A DNA stretch of 64,000 nucleotides from NCBI RefSeq assembly GCF_001194135.2, contig NC_068991.1, forward strand, positions 17,238,444 through 17,302,443, given 5' to 3'. The translations under genes and the position numbers were made by a program. Source of the DNA: Octopus bimaculoides (Eukaryota). The first letter of the stretch is position 1. The number at the start of each line of letters is the position of its first letter. The notes under the pieces are model-generated. The model was not told the origin of the DNA, did not search any database, and was given only the letters and a program-made list of their open reading frames with translations. Below, piece by piece: positions 14,126 through 27,329 of the stretch.

Positions 14126-14889
14126 TATTATTAATATTTATGATTAATAAGTCTTATTTTTGGTTTAAGATGGAAATTTTTTTTTTCTCTTTACATGGGC
14201 CTGATTATGATTAGTTAAAGGAAAAGATTATTTCCAGGATGGTAGTGGAAGCCAATCCAGGTGACATCATAAATTGACTCATGGAGGTGGGGCAGGGTAC
14301 AGAGTTGTTTGATTCAACCCCCTGCCCTGCTCCTTACTCCCTGTCTTTAGACTCTGACTTGTAGAATCATAAAGTGAACTCTGGTAACACCAATGTGCCT
14401 ACATGTTGCTCAACCAGCTAGAAATAACACCTAGATCTCCCTCAGACTACATCAAACTGCCTTAAGAAAAAGGAATATTGGATTGCATCGTCATCATTAT
14501 CATCATCGTTGTTTAAATGTCCACTTTTCCATGTTTGCATGGCTTGGACAGAATTTGTTGAAGCAGATTTTCTACTACTGGATGCTCTTCCTGTCACCAA
14601 GCATCATCTGTTTCCACATAAGGCCATATTTACCCATGACCAGACATGTTTTGGAAAGGGACACTGCCTGCATGGCGGTAACATTCATTTACAACTAGTA
14701 CCTGATGTTAAGACAAGGAGACTAACATGTACATATATGCACACATATATAAGAGGTTTTCAGTTTCTGCCTATCAAATCCATTCATAAGGTTTTGATTG
14801 GCTCAGGGTCGTAATAGAAGACAATTGCCCAAGGTGCCACATAGTAGGACTGAACCGGAGATCATATGATTGGGAAACAAGCTTCTTAT

Positions 14890-15374
14890 CAAACTATGAG
14901 TCGCGACCCATCAGTGGGTCGCGAACGGAATCTTAGTGGGTCGCAAAAAGTTATAAAATTACGCATTAGCTTTGATTAACTGCTGTCGAGATAGTTCAAG
15001 ACTCGTGTTTTCAATACCAGATTGGTTGTTTTATCAAGCAGTAGGCTTTTTTCACGAACTTAACAAATCAGAGGTGGTCATTTTCTCAAGTTTTTTATTC
15101 ATACGTAATCGTAAAAAGGAAAAGTCTGTTTTTACCTATTTATAGAGAACTTTAAACTAGGCACAGTACAACACTGATTGAGCCGATAACAGTTACTGCT
15201 TCGAGGTTTTGTATTAGAGTTAATACCTGCCTATAGGGTATGGAGACGTTGAAACAGTTATAAAACAAAATGTTTCACATTTAATCTAACCCTAACCCAG
15301 TAGAGTTAAGTGGGTCGCCATAAACTGGTGTCATAAATAGTGGGTCGCGTCTCTAAAAAGTTTGGGAACCACTG
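14890..15374. mobile_element. hAT/Charlie-type MITE, left TIR lost
   Basis: Right end aaaaagtttgggaaccactg followed by ATCTAGAT (NTCTAGAN target typical of Charlie); repeated agtgggtcgc subterminal motifs; left end abuts a SINE head. Confidence 0.75.
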
Positions 15375-16674
15375 ATCTAGATGATCTATAGATCTGAAAT
15401 AGTTGGAAGGGCCCACACAACAATATGGCATGACTTGAATTTGGAATGTCTCTCCTTCTGCATGTTGCTAGGAGGCTTGTCTATGCAGGACTGGAATGTC
15501 TGCCCAGTGCCAGGATGTCTGTGTGATGATTGGATGTCTGCATTAATGGCCACTACTGTGCTGTCTCTGTGAAGCTTTTTTTTTCTTCTTCTTTTTCTTA
15601 AGTCCCCACTGTCAACTCACAAATATCACTTTTGTTTTTTAAATCTAAACACTCCTTTTATGTTTTGGTTAAATGCTATAACTATACTTCCTTAACAATG
15701 TAACCAGCAACCATTTACTTCACTAGCTTTTGTCTGTCTGTGGTGAACATGTACTCATGCATGCACATGTGATCTTGTGTGTGTGTGTGTGTGTGTGTGT
15801 CTTTGTTTAAAATAAATTTTTTTTTTGAGGGGGGGGTTCTTCCAAGCTTTGCTTTGAAATAGTACTTACCGCATTTTGCTCGTCATATATACCAATTACT
15901 ACACACTCTCCCTATTGTTATTGAATTAGTCACTGCTGATATCCATTCTCTTCCCCCTTCTTCTCTTCCTCTCACTAATTTCTGTGCACTGCTACCAATC
16001 ATTCTTCCATTCGACATCAGACCAGAAAAAAAAAAAAAAAAAAAAATTAGGTGCCACTATTTCGGTTTTGTTTTGTTTTCTTACTTGGTAGCATATTTAT
16101 CTGTTCTTCTCTGTCAGAAACTAGTGAAGTTAGGAGGTCTAAGTTTTCTTTCACTTCAGTGGTTAACTAGTATAGATAATTCCTTTTTTTATAAATTCTT
16201 TTTGTTATTTATGTATTAAGTTTGCAGTGTATTCAGTGTTACTTATCAGGCAAGTTAACAAATGAAGTCAATTTGAAAAACAAAATTCAGTAGCAATGTG
16301 TTCACACAGTTACATAACAATTCCAATCTGTTTGAGATATTAACTATAATTAATACTTGACAGTACTAAATGTGAAAGTGCGTGGCCTAGTGGTTAGGAT
16401 GACAGGCTTATTATAGAGTCATGAGTTCAATTCCTGGTTCAAACAGCACATTGTGTCCCTTAGCAAGGAATAATATTTCACTTGGTTCCAGTCTCTTCAG
16501 CTGACTTCTGGTACAGCCCAGCCCGTTCTTCTTCCATCCAGCATATCTTTGATGTTCCACTGGGGCAAGGGGATGTCTGTCTACTCACAACTACAAAGGC
16601 ATCTATGCCAGATCATTTTTGCAAATGACAGTTAAAATCATTTTTAAACAAAATATATTGAAATGCTGACTACA

Positions 16675-16889
16675 TACTCTTTTACTCTTTTACTTGTTTC
16701 AGTCATTTAACTGCGGCCATGCTGGAGCACCGCCTTTAGTCGGGCAAATCAACCCTAGGACTTATTCTTTGTAAGCCTAGTACTTATTCTATCGGTCTAT
16801 TTTGCTGAACCGCTAAGTTACGAAGACGTAAACACACCAGCATCGGTTGTCAAGCGATGTTGGGGATAAACACAGACACACAAACATTT

Positions 16890-16936
<47 letters not shown>

Positions 16937-17105
16937 TATACGACAAGGCTTCTTTCAGTTTCCGTCTACCAAATCCACTCACAAGGCTTTGGTCGGCCCG
17001 AGGCTATAGTAGAAGACACTTGCTCAAGGTGTCACGCAGTTGGACTGAACCCAGAACCATGTGGTTGGTAAGTAAGCTACTTACCACACAGCCACTCCTG
17101 CGCCT
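16675..17105 (-). mobile_element. SINE family 1, full length
   Basis: Near-identical to the 11208 copy. Confidence 0.88.
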
Positions 17106-19114
17106 ACGTAAATTAATTTCAGTGTGTTCAGTAATTAAATTTTGATTTATATCTGGTCAAACACAAGATAGGAAGAGGTGTATATTGAACAACAGTGTTT
17201 CCTTTTACACTTAATATTACTTTACAATGTCTCCTGTTGGACACTTGTATCTGTACACTGGTGCTGTATTCTACTGTTTCATTGTGGATGGCAAAATGAC
17301 AGTTGTTAGGGTATAAGACAAAATACCTTGCAGTATTGGTCCCAACTCTTGAGTTCAAATCCCACCAAGGTCGACCTTTCCTGCAAATTGTTGCAGCATC
17401 TAATGATATGTCTTGTATTTACTTGTTCCAGCTCTTTGAATTTTATTTGCATGTTACTCATCATCAGTTGCCTTGTTTTACACCATCATCTGGTCCTTGG
17501 ATGCTTTTATTAGAGTTCACTCTTATATTCAGGACAGGTCTCTGGTTTGAGGATAACTTCCTCCCTTTCGCTTACCAGTCTCAGGGGCCCTGTAGAAGGA
17601 AAACAAAAGGGCCAGGGATGTTGCTCTGTCTTTGACTGTCATCATCATCAATCATCGTTTAATGTCCGCTTTCCATGCTAGCATGGGTTGGACGATTTGA
17701 CTGAGGACTGGTGAAACCGGATGGCAACACCAGGCTCCAATCTGATTTGGCAGAGTTTCTACAGCTGGATGCCCTTCCTAACGCCAACCACTCTGAGAGT
17801 GTAGTGGGTGCTTTTATGTGCCACTGGCATGAGGGCTAGTCAGGCGGTACTGGCAAGAGCCACGCTCAAAATGGTGCATTTTATGTGCCACCCGCACAAG
17901 AGCCAGTCCAGAGGCACTGGCAACGATCTTGCTCAAAAGAAAATAAAAGAAAAAAATCTAAGAAGAGAATGTGTGTGGATGTAATCTTTTCTTTTACATT
18001 TCAGTCTAATGAAGATGAGGCAGTGTCCAAAGCCCCCCTTTTTTTTTCCTTTTCAGATAGCCCCTGTCTGGCAAAGTTGATGTGATTGATGTCTGGTTTG
18101 GATGTGTTATGTAGGTGGGTGGTGAAGTTCAGTAAAGTGTAAACATGGAAGAAATTTTTTAAATTATTTCAGGAAAGAAGTTTGTTCAAAGGGCTTCATG
18201 TGGGGTGGGGTGATGCTGATAGAGGAGGGCTGGTGAGAGATGGAATTTTGTCTTACTCAGTTTGATGTGTCATAGAAGGCACTGTTATAGCAGCAGTACA
18301 TTAAATCATTTATGTGCACACACACACACATATGCAATGTAAGGGATTCTTCATTCTATTGGTTTCAAAGTGCTGGGCTAGTGAGCCATTTGTTGGCAAA
18401 TGTCAGTAAATATCCCCTTTTCTAGCTTAGTATATTTTTGCATGAGGTGCAGAATGTAAAGTCTCACAAACCCTGTGCATGCAATCACACACACACACTC
18501 ACACATTTACATAATGCAATAGGCTTCTGTACAGTTTCTGACTTTTTTTTATTTACAAGGCATTGGCCAACTTGGGGCTGTAGTAGAAAACACATGCCCA
18601 AAGTGCTCTCCAGGGAAACTGAACTCAAAACCATTTGGCTAAGAAACAAGCATATTTATGTATTGATCTTGTTACTGAGATGTAATTATTAGTGTTACCT
18701 TCATTCCTGGTAATACCTACCTACCTACCACATCGTCTGCAGATAAATACCATCAACCACTTGTCTCTCGAATTCCCTGTCCTACATTGTTTGTTGTAGG
18801 TAGCTCTTTAGTAAACCTAAGTCTTCTACTAGTTGGTCAAAAACTATTCTGATGGGATGTCCCTTAGGTTGGTTTCCCTGTGCCAGTTCTTACATCAGCA
18901 TTTGACTCACTGCTTTCAGTTTTATTGCTTTTGTAGTAGAAGTAGCTCTGGGAGATTACCATAAAGAACATGGTTTGTTGTATGAAACTCCCGTTTGATG
19001 TTGCTTTCAGAAGTCTTGTGTGTTCTGTCTAGTTTTCTTTCCAGTGTCTTACAACCATATTAGAGGGATAGAAATGCTAGTAATGACATTTATTCATTCT
19101 TCACAAACCTTACT

Positions 19115-19346
19115 TTAGCCCTTCAGCATTTAAACCAGCCATAAACCAGCCATATCTGGCTAAAATATTCTACCTGCTTATTATTCAAACTGGTCAGATC
19201 CAGCTTCTCATACCTATCACACAAAATCATTCTTAAAATATACAATTATATCATTGAAATCTCACAGCTATGAGATTATGCATGATTAATTCAAAGCAAT
19301 ATGAATAAATAAGCATTACAGAATAACCTGAATGCTAAAGGGTTAA
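19115..19346. mobile_element. piggyBac-type MITE family A
   Basis: Termini ttagcccttcagcatt...aatgctaaagggTTAA. Related copies at 29779-29975 (truncated by a SINE), 45603-45830 (reverse), 51820-52019 and about 55920-55960 (partial). Confidence 0.75.
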
Positions 19347-19386
19347 CTGTCATCAGGTTGTCTACATTGGAGCTTGTGTGTGTATA

Positions 19387-20229
19387 CAGGGTGCGGTGAA
19401 TAAACTGTTGTCTAAATTGCACAAAAATGAAAATAACGTTGACATCTCATTTTAACAGATATATTTACCAAAATTACATACAAATATTTTGAAATACTAA
19501 AGAGTAAATTTATTCAATAAAATTGCCATTGGATTCAACTATGGCCTCTACATGACTTTGAAATCTCCTGCAACTCTTCTGGATGGTCACATTGTTTAAA
19601 TTATGAATGCTGCCATAATCCTCGCTTTCGGTTCATCTTTGGTGTTACAAGGAGTTTTGTTGGTCTCTCGCTCAACTGCACCCCACACATAATAATATCA
19701 AGGGGGTTGCAGTTTGGGGAGTTAGGTGACCAAGTGTTAGAGGTGATGTGGTTGCAGAAATTGTCTGACAATGACAACTGGGTTCTCCTGCTTGTGTGAC
19801 ATGGTGTAGAGTCTTGTTGCCTGATAGGATCTTCCAGCAGCCACCCTCTTGACCCAAGGAAGCACTACCTTCTCCAGGCACTTGATGTAGGGCTCCGTAT
19901 TGACCATGAGGTCATATGGGAAGATGAATGGTGGCATAACGTCACCATCACTAGTGATCACTCCAAACATCATGATGGATATTTGATTTTTACCACTCTC
20001 GGTACATGTCTTCAGATTGACACCCAAACACTCTGAAATGTTTGTATTGGAACTTCCAAGCAGTACAGCATGTCAATCCCAAATTTCTGGCAGAGTGAGT
20101 TGCATCATGGTGCTGTTTTTCTCACAGACTACGCCCAACTGACCCTACTATACTGTGTAGTTGACAAAATCAAAACCAATGTGCAAAATTAAAAATATAA
20201 AATCGCGACAATTTACCCATCACACCCTG
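19387..20229 (-). mobile_element. Tc1/mariner-superfamily element, internally deleted
   Basis: TA|CAGGGTG...CACCCTG|TA termini with imperfect TIRs; minus strand encodes MMFGVITSDGDVMPPFIF...YIKCLEKVVLPWVKRVAAGR and degenerate SPxCNPLDY remnants. Confidence 0.88.
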
Positions 20230-20634
20230 TATGCTTGCATGTATGTATTTGCGTGTGTGTGTGTGTGTATATATATATATAGCTCCCCCAGCCTTCTCAG
20301 TATGATAAAGGTATTTCAAATGAGAGGTGGTAACATTTACAAGTCATAAGTCTTATTGACAGTTTATTGTGTCTTGCTATTGACTTAACTATAAAGTTAG
20401 AAATGAGGGAGTTAACAAGTACCAACCTTTCATTTGTGACCTGGCCGCAAACGTGATCTTGTACCACTGTTTTTTATATTTTTAATAGCTTATGGTGAAA
20501 ACCAAACCTGTCTTATTCTTTTTGAACTGGAGTTACAAAGAAATATTTCTTTAGAAATAAAATACCAACAAAATGTCTTTTCATTTTAAAGACTAATAAC
20601 AACAAAAGATAAAGAAAGAAATTTTACAAAGCAC

Positions 20635-20669
<35 letters not shown>

Positions 20670-20994
20670 ATGGGTGGATGGGTGGATGGGTGGATGCAGC
20701 AGGCCTACTCAGTCCTTGCTGAGAGCATTGCTCTGTGGAATTGGGCAACATAAGAAAATGCCAAGGGTTAATTACTGCTGATAGCTTAAGTGAACGGACG
20801 AACAAATGAATGGATGAAGTTAGTCTAGGAATAATTGTGGAATCGGAAGGAGCTTTTGGATTATAGCTATCTGATTGCTGTAGAGAAAGAAGAAATGAAG
20901 GCGGATAAAAATAAAAAAGCTGTTGAATCAATATATAGTAGTGGTGTGGAAATTCTGTACACACGCATGTGTGTGCATATATATATATATATAT

Positions 20995-21396
20995 ACTCTT
21001 TTACTTGGTTTCAGTCATTTGACTGTGGCCATGCTGGAGCACCACCCTTAGTCGAGCAAATCGACCCCAGGAATTATTCTTTGGAAGCCTAGTACTTATT
21101 CTATTGGTCTCTTTTGCCAAACCGCTAAGTTACGGGTACATAAACACACCAGCATCGGTTGTCAAGCGATGTTGGGGGGACAAATACAGACACGCAAACA
21201 TATACACACACACACACATATATATATATACATATATACGACAGGCTTCTTTCAGTTTCCGTCTACCAAATCCACTCACAAGGCTTTGGTCAGCCCGTGG
21301 CTATAGTAGAAGACACTTGCCCAAGGTGCCATGCAGCGGGACTGAACCCGGAACCATGTGGTTGGTAAGCAAGCTACTTACCACACAGCCACTCCT
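20995..21396 (-). mobile_element. SINE family 1, full length, abutting an RTE tail
   Basis: Near-identical to the 11208 copy; head directly joined to (CAT)n at 21397. Confidence 0.88.
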
Positions 21397-24300
21397 ATCA
21401 TCATCATCATCATCATCATCATCGTTTAACGTCCGCTTTCCATGCTAGCATGGGTTGGACGATTTGACTGAGGACTGGTGAAACCGGATGGCAACACCAG
21501 GCTCCAGTCTGATTTGGCAGAGTTTCTACAGCTGGATGCCCTTCCTAACGCCAACCACTCTTTTATCTGTTTCGGTCATTGCACTGCAGCAATGCTGGGC
21601 ATCATCTTAGAGTTTAGTTTATAAAATCAACCCTAGTATTTATTATGTCTGGCACATAACATGTACACGTGTGTATGTGTGCCATACACATCACTTTACA
21701 TGCATCACCCCACCTCCCAGTAATTATAAAGGTTGAATGTTTTTCTTTTGAGTGATTGTTTTCTTTTTATGGCTGGATAGATGTTCTTGCTGTTAATCAC
21801 TAAACCATGATGTAGGAACACAACCTATTTGTTGTCCAACAGTTATGATATAATTTGATCTTGGCCAGTAGTCCAGCACTGTAACAGCATAATCGTTTTC
21901 CCTTTATTTGTGAGTTTAATCCAGTCCATATCATGGTTTTACATAGTACATGGGAAGCAGCTGTAAGGATTGAGAATATCCGCTGACTGAGAGCACCAGT
22001 ATGATATCTATATGAAACTGGTATGGATGTACTGTAACAACTTGGGTTTCAAGGGTCAACAACTGTTCAACATTCTGCTGATCAACCTCAGAGATTTGTG
22101 AGGTGTAGATGTGTAGGTCTTCAAAGAGTGTCCGGACAAATTTTTATCTGAGCACTCTGCAAGGTGGTTGGTGTTAGGCGGGGCTTCCATCTGTAAAAAC
22201 CATGTCAAAAACAGGCACAAAAGTATGGCGCAGTCTTCTGCCTGGCCAGCTCCTGTGAAACTGTCCAATCCATGCTAGCTTGGAAGGAGGACATTAAAAC
22301 GATGATGAAGATGATGATACCAGATGAACCCACATTGTGGCAGGATGCACAAAGAAGAGCAGCTTCATCCAACTCATTACTTCAACAGAAACAGTAAAGA
22401 AACCCAAACACACTGAAAGGCAGTGCTCCAGCATGGCCTCAGCCTCTTGCAAAAACCAGTTACAGGTAAAAATATGCCCACATATAGTTGACTCTGCACA
22501 CTTTATTGTAAGTGTTCACTGGACACTTCAGTGCATAATCTTAAAACTTTGAGGATACCCCTTGTATGCATAAATACAAAATCTTTGGTCATCATTCAAT
22601 GACCCATTAAGGTTTATAGATCAGTTTTCTTTCTATGTTTATTGCAATGTTGCAGAAATTTTCACTTCATATAAACATGGTTCCTTAGTATCATTGCTCC
22701 CCCACATCTTTATATTGCCAGTTTTAGTCTGTCTCTCAGTATCTCAGTACTTCACTCTGTCTATAAATCATAATACCATATCTGATTTAATCTATCTCTC
22801 AATAATTCATTGTATCTGTGGCTTCTGATCTAGTGTCTGTAACTGACAGGCCATAATTTGTGACCCAGTATTAGATCTAGTTTATATATTAGTGCATCAC
22901 TGTATCTAGGACGCCTGATCCAGTATTTTTATTGTAGACTATATCTCACCACCCCACTCTACTTGTGCATAATAAACCTATGTTTGATCCAGTGTATATC
23001 ATAAATACTTCATCAATTCTGTTCCTGAATACTTTCACTGTGTCTAAGAGTCTTGATTCAGTATGTAATTTTACCTATACTTCAGTTCACCATAGTTCTC
23101 TGCACCAGTCTGCTATTTAATCTTTCTGTCTGTACCTCAGTATGAAGGAAGACGAGGTACTGAGATGCAGTGTACTGTGAGCTAGTATTAGATTCCAGTT
23201 GCCATGATAGTTATACCACTTTCATAAGATTAGGAGGAGGAGGAGGAGTGAACGGGAGGAAATTATGGTGATGAGGAGAGGGGGAGAGAGAGAGAGAGAT
23301 TTCTATTGGCTGTAGAATTCTGCCATATTAGAGATCATTTATAATTACTGGTGAAGTTGACCTTAAGTGGACACCAAATGCTAGAAATACTTTCTAAATA
23401 AGGAATAAATATGCTCTGTGGTATACTCTTTTACAGTTTCAACCATTCAACTGTGGCCATACTGGGACATTAATAAGTTATATAATTTTTTTCACCACAC
23501 ACACACGCACACTTCATCTATATCTAATCTATCTTTATCCATCTTAGTTCTTTCTTCATTCATAATCTGTAAGCCCCCACTCCTTTCCATCTCCCTCACC
23601 AAAAACAAAAGGAGGATGATAGGTGTTGGTGGGTGCGGTGGGGTGGAGAAGAGAAAAATTCGATGATTTAATAAGATACGAATCTGAAACTAGGCCATTG
23701 ATTCATTCATTGTAGCTGAGTGTGGAACTTTCACAATCTTCATGCATATGGGTGGTTGTTGTTTGAGTGTATGTATGTTTGTATGTATATATGTTATGTG
23801 TGTGTATGCGTGTACTCGCAAGCACACACATACAGTATGTGTATATCTTACATTTTATAGAAATAGTTATACATCCTCCTCTACCCTCCACCCTAACTTA
23901 CTATATCATATAGAATATAAAATACTTTCCACATCAACAGTGCTCAAGACAACTTATTGATTTGAAAATCTACTGCAATGGGCTGTTGTTGTTATTTCAT
24001 ATTTTATTATATTGTATTAGGCTGTAGAGCACCAGACTAAATGCTTTGCAGTTTTCAGTTTTGTTAATTTATGCTCTCAGTTGAAATCCTGATGGTAATG
24101 GAGTGGGAGCGGGGTATTTGACTTAGTCTACTAGTCTTTGATCTCTCGAGGAAACATCTGTCATTTCATGTCTGTTTTTAATGCTAGCATGGGTTGGAGG
24201 TGCCATGGAAATAAGTACTGGTCATGTACTGAGGGACAGCTGCTCTTATCTCGCCAGAGAGTCATCATTGTCATAGTTAATTATCATTCACCTTCCATTA

Positions 24301-24704
24301 TGGCATGGGATGGACACTTTGATAGGACTACATTGAGCTCCAGTGTCTGCTTTGGCATGGTTTCCATGGCTGGAAGCCCTTCCTCATGCCAACAACTATA
24401 TAGTGTGTACTGACTGCTTTTTCTTGTCATGACATTGGTACTAGTGAGATCACTAAATAAGTAAGTAAGACAGAAGAAAAACCCTCATTGAAATGGGATT
24501 GTAGTAGACAGGGAGGTGGTTTTATGCCAGGTAGAGAGTGGTTAAAATACGATAGAGGATCAGGCACATGTGTCTCCTTTGTAGAGGGGATACATGGCTA
24601 CCCTATGGTGATCTATTATAAATTGTTATTAGTGTTTAAACTGTTGGCTCTGATTTAGTAGACCTCTGTTCAAGGGTTTACAGTCAGAATTGTTCCATCT
24701 CTTT

Positions 24705-24738
<34 letters not shown>

Positions 24739-25409
24739 NNNNNNNNNNNNNNNNNNNNNNNNNNNNNNNNNNNNNNNNNNNNNNNNNNNNNNNNNNNNNN
24801 NNNNNNNNNNNNNNNNNNNNNNNNNNNNNNNNNNNNNNNNNNNNNNNNNNNNNNNNNNNNNNNNNNNNNNNNNNNNNNNNNNNNNNNNNNNNNNNNNNNN
24901 NNNNNNNNNNNNNNNNNNNNNNNNNNNNNNNNNNNNNNNNNNNNNNNNNNNNNNNNNNNNNNNNNNNNNNNNNNNNNNNNNNNNNNNNNNNNNNNNNNNN
25001 NNNNNNNNNNNNNNNNNNNNNNNNNNNNNNNNNNNNNNNNNNNNNNNNNNNNNNNNNNNNNNNNNNNNNNNNNNNNNNNNNNNNNNNNNNNNNNNNNNNN
25101 NNNNNNNNNNNNNNNNNNNNNNNNNNNNNNNNNNNNNNNNNNNNNNNNNNNNNNNNNNNNNNNNNNNNNNNNNNNNNNNNNNNNNNNNNNNNNNNNNNNN
25201 NNNNNNNNNNNNNNNNNNNNNNNNNNNNNNNNNNNNNNNNNNNNNNNNNNNNNNNNNNNNNNNNNNNNNNNNNNNNNNNNNNNNNNNNNNNNNNNNNNNN
25301 NNNNNNNNNNNNNNNNNNNNNNNNNNNNNNNNNNNNNNNNNNNNNNNNNNNNNNNNNNNNNNNNNNNNNNNNNNNNNNNNNNNNNNNNNNNNNNNNNNNN
25401 NNNNNNNNN
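24739..25409. other. Largest assembly gap
   Basis: N-run. Others at about 13688, 30360, 33733, 38195, 43153, 50189, 56712 and 62916, nearly all flanked by simple repeats. Small exons could be hidden in them. Confidence 1.
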
Positions 25410-25724
25410 ATATATATATATATAATGTAACATTGTTTTATATACACAACTTGGACATAAAAACAAACATTTTATATGTATGTATGCATGTCATTATGCA
25501 GTTTTATTTCAAGATTTCTTGCCAATAGAGAAAGAGCCAGTTTCTAATCTAGAGCCTTCAGTGGAATTTCAACATCAACAACAGGGTATTTTTGTATGCA
25601 TACATGTATGTATGTCTATGTGCAGATTTGTTTGTTTTGTTTTATGTATGCCTTCTCATGCATATACTTGCATATCTAGACATGCTCATTATATACTTAA
25701 ATGATAAACTTCTGGAAAGTTTTA

Positions 25725-25950
25725 TAGATTTTTACAGTTCCAGTTTTGCAGACCACTGGTGTTTAGTACATTTTCATCTTCATCAATGCAAGAACACGAT
25801 GGGTTAAGTAACTCTTCTAAAATTTCAATTCTGATTGCCATATCAAACAAGCTACATGATATTGGCAAAGAATCAGCTGTTAGTAAGGTTCTATGTATTA
25901 GACCGAAATGCAGTCTCTTGTCTTGTGGGTACATGGTGACCTCACTGCTT
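25725..25950 (+). repeat. Local duplicate of part of the hAT transposase remnant (copy of about 27570-27785)
   Basis: About 220 bp near-identical to 27570-27785, including the shared tail tcttgtcttgtgggtacatggtgacct. Confidence 0.85.
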
Positions 25951-26439
25951 TCTTTTTTCTGGTTTTGAGAAGCCTAATTTCTCAAGATTGATATTTAGGC
26001 AGTGTGTTACATATCCCAATGCCCCAATACTTACAGGTATAAAGCTGAACTTGTAATTTGTATGTATGTTTATGTATGTATGTATTAAAGCTTGTCTAAT
26101 CTAGCCCTGGATTTAAATACTTAAGATTCCTCATATAGTAATCTATCCAAGTGGTTATCATATATGTCATCCTAGGAAGGATCTGATCTATTGTTGTTGT
26201 TGCTTATTCATGTATAAATCACTGCACTTCATTTTAGTCTTGTTTGTTTCTTCTATTGTGCTGTTATTGTTTTTGTTACTCAACTTTTATATTTTTATTT
26301 TCATATCTGAAAAGCAAAAAAAAAAAATAAAAATAATTTCTTGATGCCACAGTTATATCATGAGTTTTCAAATCCTGAATATTCTCTCATAAATTCTTGA
26401 TTTACCATTTACCGTTGTTCCAATAAATAGGTAATTCTA

Positions 26440-26830
26440 CATTTATATCATAAATTCTGCAATTCTCAATGTTACATAAGTTTTCCATTTTTCTATGTAT
26501 TAGATATCCTTGATTATCAAATGTTGCATAAAGTTGGTGACCTCAATGTTATATCACAAATTGATGATTCCCCCAGTGTTATATCACAAATTAGTGTCCT
26601 CACCAATATTATTATCACATTCTTGACACGGCGAGATGTCGTAAATTTTTGAAACTCAATGTTACATCTTAAATTCTTGGCACTTGATGTTACGTCATAA
26701 TTTCTTGCTACTTGATGTTACACCATAGTTTCCTCATACACAACATTACATCATAATTTCTTCATATTCAATGTTACGTCATTATTTCATGAAAAACTCA
26801 GTGTTATGTCGTAAATTCTTGTTACTTGAT
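26440..26830. repeat. Degenerate minisatellite, about 29-bp unit (ctcaatgttacatcataaattcttg...)
   Basis: Roughly a dozen recurring atgtta(c/t)(a/g)tcata(a)att motifs at near-regular spacing. Confidence 0.75.
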
Positions 26831-27329
26831 GCTATAAAAATTGTGCAAAATGAAACCTCAAATTGTTTGATAATGAGATCAAAAATTGTTTAAATTTTTT
26901 ACGAGTAGATATTTAGATCTGAGTTCAAGTGCTTGGTGGAGGTTAAGTGGAACATAGACTTGAAAATGAGGTTGAGAACCACTTCTAAAAGAACAGTTCT
27001 TTCAAAAGTTACAAGAAATTTTTCTCTCTTTGTATGTATTTGATATATGCATATGGTGGTGTGTTTATGTACAGGGGGGTGTGCATCAGTTTTTATATCA
27101 ACCAACAAGAGAGCCTGTACATTAGCACCTCCTAAAGTGGGTACTACTTCCTCCTTGGCAATGCTGAAAGATAAGGAGACATTAGGGAGCATTGAAAAGA
27201 AAATAATGTTGAAAAGATGAAGGAGCAAAGAATGCAAATTAGTATTTTCTTGTAAAACTGTCTCTTCCACGTTGTCCTTGGCAGCATTTGGAGCAATATA
27301 AAGAATTATTATACGCATATCTATAACAA

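Noticed and set aside
20690-20960. Repeat-free patch giving MWNRKELLDYSYLIAVEKEE...
   Set aside because: No clear splice boundaries or homology; cannot be supported as an exon.
21104-21448. Recurrent peptides such as MSSDVGGTNTDTQ...PEPCGW in several ORFs
   Set aside because: Antisense translations of SINE family 1 copies, not a gene family.
24629-25466. Long ORFs spanning N-runs (also 13602-14134, 37903-38565, 43102-43481, 62820-63228)
   Set aside because: Open only because gaps and dinucleotide repeats contain no stops.
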